NCBI GenBank assembly: GCA_937625935.1
Contig: OW569389.1
Location: forward strand, 248,001 to 312,000
Source of the DNA: Tetramitus jugosus
Taxonomy: Eukaryota; Protista; Heterolobosea
DNA length: 64,000 bases
Reading direction: 5' to 3'
Shown here one piece after another: positions 54,441 to 64,000 of this stretch (position 1 is the first letter of the stretch; each line of letters opens with the position of its first letter). A model generated the notes under the pieces. The model was not told the origin of the DNA and did no database searches. It was given only the letters and a program-made list of their open reading frames with translations. Made by a program: the position numbers and the translations under genes.

Positions 54441-56316
54441 ATGAATATGGAAATGCAAGAGAAGGCAGATTTTGAGAAGTCATTTAGCCCTATCACGAAA
54501 AGAAGCAAGGGCAAGCAAGAAGATGAGGATGAAGACTCGACCAAGGATCCTCTGGAGAAACGAGTCATACTAGGTCCTTTGCAGATGTGGGCATATATTG
54601 GAATGGATGCTCTGTGGATATTGTTCGGTTCTGTGGGAGCCATTGCCGAAGGAGCAACAATTCACATGTTTTACCTCATTTGTCTGATGTTCTGGGTGAT
54701 ATGTCTTCGGTTTCCCTCAGAGTAAGATTAACAAGTATTCACTTCGAATGACCTATATCATGATTGGTTCTGCATTTGCGTCTCTATTATCTACCTTTTG
54801 TGGAAACATTGCTCACGATAGAATTGCGTCAAAACTAAAGAGAAGATACTATCTTTCTCTATTGCGACAAGAGATTGGTTTCTTTGATAGAAAGAAGATT
54901 GGTGGATTGATGACAGAGATAGAAGAGCACTTGGATTTAGTAGCTAGTGCATACTCAATCCAATTGTTGCAAATGATAAAACACTCTGGCTCTGTGGTTG
55001 TAGGTGTTTCTCTTGCCTTTTCTTACTCTTGGAAAATGACCTTGGTGCTTCTGTCGACACTTCCAGTGATTATGGCACTCTCAGGCATCACCAGTTTGTT
55101 CATGGAGTGCTTCTCTAAGAAGACATCTTCAATTAACAGTAAGGCTTCTAGTCGAATGAATGAAGTAATTGGTGCGATAAGAACAGTTCATTCAATGGAC
55201 GGAGAGGAGAAGGAGAAGCGAGAGTATGATGTGTTCTTTAGCGGGGCGAATCTATTCTATTTTTCAAAGGCAACTGTCATTGCAATCTCCATGTGTGTCA
55301 CAACAGTGTTTATCTGGGGATTAATGCCATTGGGAACTTGGTATGGTGGAACTCTAGTCAACAAGAATGAAATTTCTTTCACTCAGTTCCTCAAGGTTTT
55401 CAGCTTTGTGTTAATTGGAATGGAGAGCTTACAACATGCTGCCGTGGTGATTACGGAAATCAACAAGAGTTGGGCTCCCGTTTCAGCTATTCTCAGGATT
55501 ATTCAAAGAACTCCTCAGTTTAATACTGAGGGAGGAAAAGGAGAAGTCACACCAAATGCAATTCAAGGACTCCTCGAGTTCCTCGGTGTTTCTTTCAGTT
55601 ATCCGACTCGTCCTGGAATTTTAGTGTTGAAGGATTTTGATCTAACCATTCAACCGGGACAAACTATTGCACTCGTAGGCGCTTCCGGCTTAGGTAAATC
55701 GACGATAGTCGGTCTATTAGAGAAGTTTTACTTGCCAGATTCAGGAACGATCTTGTTGGATGGAGTTGATCTTATGACGATAGATTCCCGATGGCTTCAT
55801 CGTAACATTGGAATTGTGACTCAAGAGCCAACACTCTTTGCCACAACAATTAGAAAGAACATTGTGTATGCCATGGAGGATAAACGTACTGTTTCTGCGG
55901 AGGAGATTATTCAAGCTGCTAAACAAGCGAATGCTCACAATTTCATCATGGCTCTACCAAAGCAATACGAAACGATCATTGGAGAGAGAGGAGTTTCCTT
56001 ATCTGGAGGTCAGAAGCAGAGAATTGCGATTGCGAGAGCAATGATTCAAAATCCTTCCCTATTACTTCTCGATGAAGCTACCTCTGCTCTCGACACTCAC
56101 TCGGAAAGTCTTGTCCAGGAAGCTCTAAATACCTTAATGAGAGGTAGGACAACGATCGTGATTGCCCATCGATTGAGCACAGTGGTCGACTCTGATGTCA
56201 TCTACTTGTTGGACAAGGGTGAACTCAAAGAGATGGTCACTCATTCCGAACTAATGAAGATCGAAAATGGTTTGTACAGAGGACTAGCCACCCTGCAGAC
56301 ACTCTCCTCAGAGTGA
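54441..56316 (+). pseudogene. ABCB (MDR/TAP-type) half transporter with broken frame near 54675-54720 (pseudogene or sequence error)
   Basis: TMD with LLRQEIGFFD; NBD GASGLGKST, LSGGQKQRIAIARA, LLLDEATSALD, IAHRLST. The N-terminal ORF 54441-54725 is out of frame with 54748-56316 and there is no convincing intron. Confidence 0.7.
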
Positions 56317-56431
56317 TATCGTAAGTAAAAACAATACAACCATGATGATGGAAAACTGTCAGTTCTGTAATTTATCTGTATCCTGCTTCAAAGAAAAAAC
56401 AGTTTCTCCCATTCGATCAAAAAACAGAATC

Positions 56432-57106
56432 ATGCAAAACTTGGACACATTTTTGGAGCAATTGTTCCATCCGATTACTTCATCTTCCTTCTTGAGTTCC
56501 TTCCAAAGTGAATCCTTACAAAAAGTTTACAAAATTGAAAAGGAATGTAAGCCCGATCTGGACCACCTGATTCATTTTTTGACATCTGTGCATCAAGACA
56601 ATCAATTGATCAAGTTGCTTCAATTGTTCCAAGAAGATCAACTTTTTTATGCTCAAAACTATTGGAAACAAAGAGAGAAACAATTGACTGAAAGTTCGGT
56701 TCGATTGGAACGATGCATGCTAAAGTTGGATGAGTTGCAGTTGATTGAAAATGAAAGAGATGTTCGCAGGCAACTGATTACAAAGATTGATTCGGTGTTG
56801 AAGCATGTGGATCATGTGAAGCAACGATTGACAGAGTCACCCAATCAGCTCAAGATTCGTCTTTTGCGGCACAATTATGAAGTGACTCTGAAACAGTTGG
56901 ATCCTGCGATTGAACAATTGATGAACAATTGGAAGACCATCAAAGAGTCATCAGTGTTGTTGGATAGTATGGTATCGAAATTGGATGAATTGGAGTTGAC
57001 GGAGCAAGAGAAGAATCAGCGGAGGCAATTGACAAAACTGTTGCAAGACAAACTGGAACAAATTGACAATGTGCGAGAAGAGCTCGGTAGAACAACCAAG
57101 TATTAA
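56432..57106 (+). CDS. Tandem BAG-domain-like co-chaperone
   Basis: Two BAG-like units: LERCMLKLDEL..RDVRRQLITKIDSVLKHVD and LDSMVSKLDEL..KNQRRQLTKLLQDKLEQID. Likely start MQNLDTF. Confidence 0.72.
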   Translation: MQNLDTFLEQLFHPITSSSFLSSFQSESLQKVYKIEKECKPDLDHLIHFLTSVHQDNQLIKLLQLFQEDQLFYAQNYWKQREKQLTESSVRLERCMLKLDELQLIENERDVRRQLITKIDSVLKHVDHVKQRLTESPNQLKIRLLRHNYEVTLKQLDPAIEQLMNNWKTIKESSVLLDSMVSKLDELELTEQEKNQRRQLTKLLQDKLEQIDNVREELGRTTKY

Positions 57107-57399
57107 GTCTGATACTGATAAGATGATATCATTATTTATTTATTTATTCATATGGAATTGAAGGAGAGAGTGAATGCAATTGCATATATTCTGACCTCCT
57201 GAAATAAATAACATAGCATTGACTGATGATGAAGCTCCACTGGTTGTGTCATCTAAATCTACTCACGTGCTCATGATCTAGCACCCAGACACCAATCTCT
57301 GAATTAATAATCCGATAAGTGTTATGGAATCGGTGAAACTACTCTGCTGATTCGGGATGCGCCAAAAACCAGGAATTACGATCGAACAGACACATATCG

Positions 57400-59016
57400 A
57401 TGGAACGGATTTCGAGCTATGAAATTGGTTCTTCTATTCCTGTAGGCGTTCCTTCATCTACCATTTTTGATGGAGGATATGGGTTAGATGTCGATGAATA
57501 CGATAGTGATACGCCAAAGCATCTGATGGAAGATTCCAACTCTAATCTGTTGCCTAGTCAGAAGAAGCTACGGAATCATATAGCAAAGATCACTCAACAA
57601 ATGTATGTCTAGTTGTTTTTATCTCGTTTGAAGTCTCTCTGCCTCATTCCTGTTTTGATTTGAAGAGCGATCGAGACTTCGGATGACAAGGCTGTTCAGC
57701 TACCTACGAACAATGATTACTTGAGTCCGTTTACGACCTCTGCTCGGAAGAAGAGTTTCAAGAAATTGAATAGTTCCTATAGCTTTCAAGTACCGAGTTA
57801 TGCCAGAGAGAGAAAATCAAGAGAAACCAAGAGTGGAAGACAACAAGATGCTAATATGAACTATTATGAAATGTACTTGCAATTGACGAACAAATATGAA
57901 CTTCTCGTTGCTGACAATATCAAGCAAAAGGACTTGTTCAAGTTGCGTCAAGAGACCTTTGTTAGGAGAGAAAAGAGATCGAAGGAGAAGTTGGACGAGT
58001 TAACTGAAAAGTTAAGAATGGCTAATACCGTTAGAGGAAACTCTCGAGAACAGATGGATCAGTTGCATTCTCTCAAGCGAACGATTCAAACTAAAATACA
58101 AATGATGAAGGGAGAGACGCAAAAGCAACTAGAAGAGAGACAAGAGCAATATCAGAGACATGTGGATGACCTGATACAAGATTACAAACAACAACTGCTT
58201 GAAGAACGGAGGAAGAACTCTACAGGTGTAAAGGAATGGAATGAAAAAAGTCGAAGCTTAAAGGAGAATTTGAAGAACGCAACTATCAAAGCTGTAGAGT
58301 TGGATGAAAAGAATAGTGCTCTCATCAAAGAGAATCAGCGTCTCAAAATACAGTACAAAGCTCAACAGGACGATAGAGAATACTTAGCGAAAATCAATGC
58401 AAAGATGAAGAGAGAGAATGAGAAGTTAAGGGAGGAAATTCGAGATTTGGAATTAGAAATGGAAACATTACGAACGATAACCGAGAACAATTCATTACAG
58501 ACACAAAGAGAACGAAATAATTTGTATTCAAGTTTTGACGACACACAAGAACACAACCAACATATGGACAGTTTCGATGTCGAGAATCGAGAGAAGAAAA
58601 TGCTTGAGACGATTAACAAGCTAAAGAGAATGTTAGATCAGGAGAGAAAGAATTCAAAGGCGATGCGAAATGCTCATTTACTTGCTTTATCTGAGAGATC
58701 TGAGATTGAAATATTTCTACGTCAATGTATTGACGATGTTAGGTTAGATATCGGTCGACATCAAGCAGTACTACGCTCCGTCAGTCAATCTCAGGAAACC
58801 ATAGGTCAATTACAGGACTTTACAATCATGGATCGACAAAAGGTTGTAGATATTCTTCTGTCCAAGGAGAGAGTGCTAAAACTGTTGTTCCAGAAAACCT
58901 TTCCGACGAAGATTCTACCAGGTAACGACGGAGCGATAAGCACAACCCATCACGAAGAAGAACAAACCCAAACGATAGATCGTTCTATGATATCGATGCC
59001 AAATATTCGAGAGTAG
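57400..59016 (+). CDS. Coiled-coil protein with a C-terminus reminiscent of BBOF1/CCDC176-type basal-body proteins, 2 exons: 57400-57602, 57666-59016
   Basis: Intron 57603-57665 (GTATGT..AAG) restores frame. ERSEIEIFLRQCIDDVR..DRQKVVDILLSKERVLKLLFQKTFP motif; family assignment tentative. Confidence 0.7.
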
Positions 59017-59080
59017 GTTGCCAAGTCTCAACTGAAATTCACTTATCTATTTTCTGTAAAATATATCATCTATTGTTACA

Positions 59081-60662
59081 TCAGTCTTCACTTATGACCA
59101 AAGACTTAACTTCACATACCTTTAGCAAATTTCGGAAGAAGGAAACCCATTCCTCTTTTAGTTTAGAATCTCGAGCTTCGAAAGCTAAAATTTTTCCCGG
59201 AACAAGTTTGATGTCAAACCTTCTGTCGTTCTTACTCGGCATGGGTACTAGTTTCGCTCCTATCAAACTAAATCTTGATAATGGCTGATCTTTTGAATCT
59301 GTATCGCTACTATAAAAACTCAATCCACCTATGCTCACCTTCACATATCTTTTGGGAGAAGAAAACCACGAGGAAGCAATTGCTAAGTATCCTTCTTTGT
59401 TTGGATACACTTGTTTGTGACCATAAGCTGTAACAACCGGGTCATTTCAATACACAAAAGCTACTTGACATAATCATGAAACAAGACTACATACATGTAT
59501 AGTAATCATCCAATCCTAGTTCTTGGATCACCCTTGCTTGAAGAAGAGCGTAACTCATTTCTAAACTTTTATCTCCCTCTTCAGTGCTGTTACCACTACA
59601 AAGGTATTAGTCTTCGAGAGACACATAAAAACAACAGGAAGAATAGATGAGAGACAAACCTTTGAGATTCATAGGAAGCGAAGATACCGCTCATGACTGT
59701 TGTTGCTTCCATGGTCATTTTTGAAATTTCAGCTTGTCGTTCTATGTACTCCTTCCTTATGGCAATAATTTCTCGTTTCAATCTTGAAAGTGTCATACTC
59801 ATCCCTCTTATCTGAGCCATGTATTGGTGAGATACAGGATCTGAAACTTCTTCTATAGATTGTATAGGCATGGTGGCTAATTCTCTTCTTGTTTCATCGA
59901 GTTCTCTCCTCAATTCTTTAATTTGCACTCTGTGCTGGATATGAGCAATATCTCTTTCACTCTGCATTGTTCGATTCTCTTGTTTCAAATTTTCTATCTC
60001 CTGTTTGTACTTTTTCTCCAATTTCTGCACTTCATCAGATTGAACGGTGGTTCGAGGAGTTCTTGGTGATAGAGGCGATTCGTTCATCGCCTCCTTTCCT
60101 GAACCATCAGAACTCGTAAACTTCAACAGTTTCTTCAGATTCTCCACTTCCGTCTCCAAGTCTGAGACTCTCTTCCTCAGTTTTGAATTGTTGTCGAGTA
60201 CTCGTTTGTGAGTTTCTGAGTCACCGATTAGTCCCTTAATCTGATTCTGAAGACCATCTACTTGCAACTTTAATTGATTTCTTTCCTTTCTGGCTGTAGA
60301 GAACGCTTGTTCCGTGTTCGATAATTGTTTCTCGAGAAAGACCTTGGAATTCAATGCATCTTCCAACTGGTTCTCAACATTCTTCTTCTGTTCAGTCAAC
60401 TGTCTTGTGAAAATCTCTAAATTCTTGTTCTTTTTCAAAATTGTTTGGCCAAAATCTACAACAGGATAATTTAAAGAGTGAGAAACATGAATATCAATAG
60501 ACTTCTGCAACCCATTGTAACTAACTTACCGACAGCTTTTGACAATTGTTCTTCTCTCTCTTCCAATTTTTGACGAAGAGCTTCAATTTCTTCCTCTGGA
60601 GAAGAATACTCTCCATTATCCATCACAACTTCATTCATCTCATCATCTCTTTCTTCTAGCAT
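59081..60662 (-). CDS. Coiled-coil protein with CC1-box-like motif and C-terminal PH domain, 4 exons: 60662-60530, 60455-59660, 59595-59495, 59427-59081
   Basis: Introns 60456-60529 (GTAAGT..TAG), 59596-59659 (GTTTGT..ACTAAT..TAG) and 59428-59494 (GTATGT..CAG) give one continuous frame. PH motif KEGYL..KRYV..LSFY..F.I..FEA..KEEWV. Confidence 0.82.
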
Positions 60663-60985
60663 CACTTGTTCTTTCCAATTTTGAGTTCTTGTTTGAAAAA
60701 CTGTAAAATTCAACTCCGACAATCCATTTCGCGCTCAAAAATTGACACCGCTCTAACGGAAATGCATTCCTTTTCACAACAACAACAAAAAAGAAAAAGC
60801 TCTTTAGCTCTGGAACAACGAACAAAATTTTTTTGGGACGCTTACCACCATAGTAGTTTGTCATTCACTCACCTACCATCGATCCCAACCAACAAAAAGC
60901 TTTTTCACACAACAACTCATCATCATTCTACTCAAAAGAGAAACAGTATATCAACAACAACAACAACAAAAAATACGATAGATAG

Positions 60986-63670
60986 ATGGACACCTATTTG
61001 TTACACAATATTGAACGGTCACTCACATTTCACCTCCACCAAAATGCCATTTTCCTCGCAGAGAGACTCTTTGCTCAATTTCCCACATTTTTCAACTTGT
61101 TCAAATTGGCAAGTTGTTATATGCAATCAGGTCAAATTCAAATGATGTATCATTTTTTGAGGCATCACGCTCATACTTGGAAAGTGTATTCGACACTTCA
61201 TTCTACTCCGACTGCAACAACGAATGCTTCTTTTTCGTTTGGCGGAGTAAATATAAATACTCCGCTTTTGAGCACCAATCAATTATCGGAGCAAGATTTG
61301 GATGTGTTGGATCAGATTTATCTGTTGTATGTTGTTTGTTGTATCAAATTGGATCATTTGTTGGAGGCGGAGAATATTATCATGCAGTTTTTGTCGAAGC
61401 GGAGTAATGAAATGGATCATTTGGGGACTCACTTTAATGGCAATAGTGGGAGTGGTGGAAGTAGTAGTACGAGCGGTACGAATAAGAGTTGTAATGTTAC
61501 AAAGGACTTTGATATGATATCGAATATGAATTATTGGTTGGGAATTGTTTGTCGATTCACTGATCGAAAACAAATGGCGATTGCCTGTTTTCAAAAAGCA
61601 TTGAGCACGAATCCAATGATGTGGAGCGCTTTTGAAAATTTGAGTCAATTGGGAGCTGTAGTCGACAGCACTGCAATGTTTGATTCAAACAAGGCTCAAG
61701 TGGCACTGACAAAGTACAAGAATTCTGCTGTTGTTACAGCTGCTTCCGCTTGTGGTTCACAACAGTCACAGCAGCAGCAACAACTACTGCAACAGTCATC
61801 GATGCTGATGCATCAAACACCACAGGCGCAGCGCTTGGTTCCTCAACCACAGCAGCAACCACAACTACATCCTCCTCAGTCTCTCAATCATTCTTCGATA
61901 TCCAATGGCTCATCTTCAACAACAAGAGGCGGAGGACGAACATCGATGGGTTCTCTTCTAATGACGCCTCAGGCCTCATCGATGGAAGTGTTACTAGAAG
62001 CGAATCCACTCCAATTCACTGACACACCTTCCTCCGGTATTATGACACCCATCAAAGAACTTACTACTCCTGCGTCCAATATATCATACATGTCTCCCTC
62101 AAGATTTGATGATTTTACGATCAAGAGTCCACATTCCTATATGAAGCCTCCGACGAGAAGAGAATCAAGCTCATCTGTTGCCTCTTCCTCTTCTTCGTCG
62201 GTCAAAACTCCATCTGTGCCAAACCACAGAGGAGGAACACCAGCAAGCACATCCAACTCCTTCTTTTGTACTCCATCTCCAATCAGTGCCCCAACTGAGT
62301 TCAACACGCCTCAGGGACCAAACAGAAAACCAAAGCCAACCAAAAAACTTCAAGGTCCAATCAACAAGGTATTGAATCCAAAGCTGTTTGATGCTACACG
62401 ACTACTGAACTCTTCCACAACAAGTTCAAACAGCAGTTTTATCGGCTCAGGTTCCATGACCAACAGTTCACTTCAACAGCTGAATGTTCCTTCATCGGCA
62501 TCTTCAATATCCATCACACCAATGTTATCATCAAGGTCGTCATCCTCTTCCTCATCGTCTCTGTCGTCATCTCACCATGGCGAAGGAAATACTGAAGTAA
62601 CAGAAAGAGAGATTATTTATTTATTCGAGCTGTTAGGAGCAATTAGTCGATCGCTTCAACTGTACTATCAATTCCGTTGCAAAGAAGCGATTCAATCATT
62701 TACTCGGTTACCACCAAAGCACTTCCAGACTGGATGGGTTCTGTCCTATATCGGTCGATGCTACTTTGAGATGTCACAGTATGAAAATGGTGAAAAGACG
62801 TTTGAACAGGTACTGAAGCTGGAGCCATATCGGCTTGATGGTCTGGAAGTGTACAGTACGATACTGTGGCACTTGAGAAAAAAGAAACAATTGAGTTTCT
62901 TGGCTCATCACATGAGTGAAGTTGATAAATTGTCTCCTCAGACACTGTGTGCTATTGGAAACTGTTTCAGTTTACAAAAGGATCATGAATCAGCTCTACG
63001 GTTCTTTGAACGTGCTACAAAGGTTGACTCGTCATTCACTTATGCTTACACACTCGCTGGTCATGAAAGCTTTGCAAACGATGATCTAGAGGAGGCCTTG
63101 ATGAGTTATCGGACAGCTATTCGGATCGACTGCAGGCATTACAATGCCTGGTACGGAATTGGAATTGTGTATTTTAGACAGGAGAAGTTTGAACAAGCAG
63201 AATATCACTTTAGGAGAGCGCTGCAAATTAATGACAAGAGCTCTATTCTGTACTGTTATACTGGTATGGCTCTCATGGCACAACACAAGAATCATGAAGC
63301 ATTAGATATGCTGAACTGTGCCTTGCAGATTCATCCACAGAACCCTGTGGCTAAATTCAAGAAAGCCAATGTCCTCATGTCTCTCAACAATTCAAATGAG
63401 GCACTGCGTGAGCTAAATGAACTTAAATTACTTGTCCCTAAGGAAGCCTCAGTCCATTTCACAATTGGAAAAATTTATGCACAAATGGGTCTCAAGGATC
63501 AAGCACTGCTCAACTTCAATACAGCATTAGATCTGGAAAGAACGGGTCAAAAAGAAAACCCATTCATCAAAGAACAGATTGCCAAGCTCTTCGAAGAACA
63601 GATGGAGGATGATGAAGAATTGGATGATGACACAGCCAATGATCAGGATGAATATGACCAGTATGATTGA
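60986..63670 (+). CDS. CDC27: Anaphase-promoting complex subunit CDC27/APC3 (TPR)
   Basis: NAIFLAERL..LASCY; NPMMWSAFENL; low-complexity linker; TGWVLSYIGRCYFE, GLEVYSTILWHL, GNCFSLQKDHE, YAYTLAGHE, RHYNAWYGIG. Confidence 0.96.
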   Translation: MDTYLLHNIERSLTFHLHQNAIFLAERLFAQFPTFFNLFKLASCYMQSGQIQMMYHFLRHHAHTWKVYSTLHSTPTATTNASFSFGGVNINTPLLSTNQLSEQDLDVLDQIYLLYVVCCIKLDHLLEAENIIMQFLSKRSNEMDHLGTHFNGNSGSGGSSSTSGTNKSCNVTKDFDMISNMNYWLGIVCRFTDRKQMAIACFQKALSTNPMMWSAFENLSQLGAVVDSTAMFDSNKAQVALTKYKNSAVVTAASACGSQQSQQQQQLLQQSSMLMHQTPQAQRLVPQPQQQPQLHPPQSLNHSSISNGSSSTTRGGGRTSMGSLLMTPQASSMEVLLEANPLQFTDTPSSGIMTPIKELTTPASNISYMSPSRFDDFTIKSPHSYMKPPTRRESSSSVASSSSSSVKTPSVPNHRGGTPASTSNSFFCTPSPISAPTEFNTPQGPNRKPKPTKKLQGPINKVLNPKLFDATRLLNSSTTSSNSSFIGSGSMTNSSLQQLNVPSSASSISITPMLSSRSSSSSSSSLSSSHHGEGNTEVTEREIIYLFELLGAISRSLQLYYQFRCKEAIQSFTRLPPKHFQTGWVLSYIGRCYFEMSQYENGEKTFEQVLKLEPYRLDGLEVYSTILWHLRKKKQLSFLAHHMSEVDKLSPQTLCAIGNCFSLQKDHESALRFFERATKVDSSFTYAYTLAGHESFANDDLEEALMSYRTAIRIDCRHYNAWYGIGIVYFRQEKFEQAEYHFRRALQINDKSSILYCYTGMALMAQHKNHEALDMLNCALQIHPQNPVAKFKKANVLMSLNNSNEALRELNELKLLVPKEASVHFTIGKIYAQMGLKDQALLNFNTALDLERTGQKENPFIKEQIAKLFEEQMEDDEELDDDTANDQDEYDQYD

Positions 63671-63819
63671 TCCAATAAAGACAACTCCACCTCGTTCGTC
63701 GGACAACTTTTTGGTTTCAGAGCTGCAGAATTCTTGGGAGATCTTATACACTTGAAAACAAAAATCTCCAATAGTTCACTCTCTTCAGATCTCGCTGAAA
63801 AACAAACCAAGGTCGGGAG

Positions 63820-64000
63820 ATGAAAAAACGGTTTTTGGATGATGAAAGCGAGATTGTCACAATCAAGAGAAAGAGAATCAATGAAGGTGATGAAACAAAG
63901 AGTGATGAAATGAATCTTGAAATTGGTTCTGAACTGTGCAAGGACACATGGTCAAAAATTGTTGAGTATTGTGACACTCGAGAATGGTTGAAATTGAGTT
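63820..64000 (+). CDS. 5' part of an F-box(/LRR) protein, running off the window
   Basis: MKKRFLDDESEIVTIKRKRINEGDETKSDEMNLEIGSELCKDTWSKIVEYCDTREWLKLS; open to the window end; homologous to the 28-29 kb pseudogene. Confidence 0.75.
   Translation, partial: MKKRFLDDESEIVTIKRKRINEGDETKSDEMNLEIGSELCKDTWSKIVEYCDTREWLKLS

Noticed and set aside
54700-54725. Programmed +1 ribosomal frameshift at TTT CCC TCA GAG TAA in the ABCB gene
   Set aside because: The best protein-like reconstruction needs two separate indels and other motifs are eroded, so decay or sequencing error is more parsimonious.

Overview
Very gene-dense eukaryotic (protist) nuclear DNA, roughly 40% GC, read with the standard genetic code. 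It has few, short (63-108 nt) GT-AG introns with GTAAGT/GTATGT donors and CTAAC-type branch sites, and intergenic gaps often under 100 nt. The style suggests a heterolobosean (Naegleria-like) amoeboflagellate; that is an inference, not proven. About 30 protein genes are present, including a BEACH/neurobeachin-like giant, CDC27, an ATRX-like SNF2 helicase, an SMG7-like NMD factor, kynureninase, an FtsX-type permease, a receptor-like TKL kinase, several F-box proteins and a 25-aa RPL41 missed by the ORF track. There are two identical tRNA-Lys(CTT) genes and one 5S rRNA gene. Highlights: (1) a structurally intact, mature-length 5S rRNA gene inserted antisense into the middle of one LRR repeat of a decayed F-box/LRR gene, with the junction exactly at the 5S +1 base, suggesting RNA-mediated 5S dispersal; (2) an F-box protein carrying an embedded histone H4-like fold; (3) a LINE ORF2 zinc-knuckle relic just upstream of a tRNA gene in the geometry of Dictyostelium TRE5 elements; (4) a ~95-bp duplicated gene end and 3' signal flanking a 607-bp insert between convergent genes; (5) a membrane-anchored kynureninase, a lysine-less lipoyl-domain membrane protein and a CC1-box/PH candidate dynein adaptor. 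All calls are by eye; no database searches were run.
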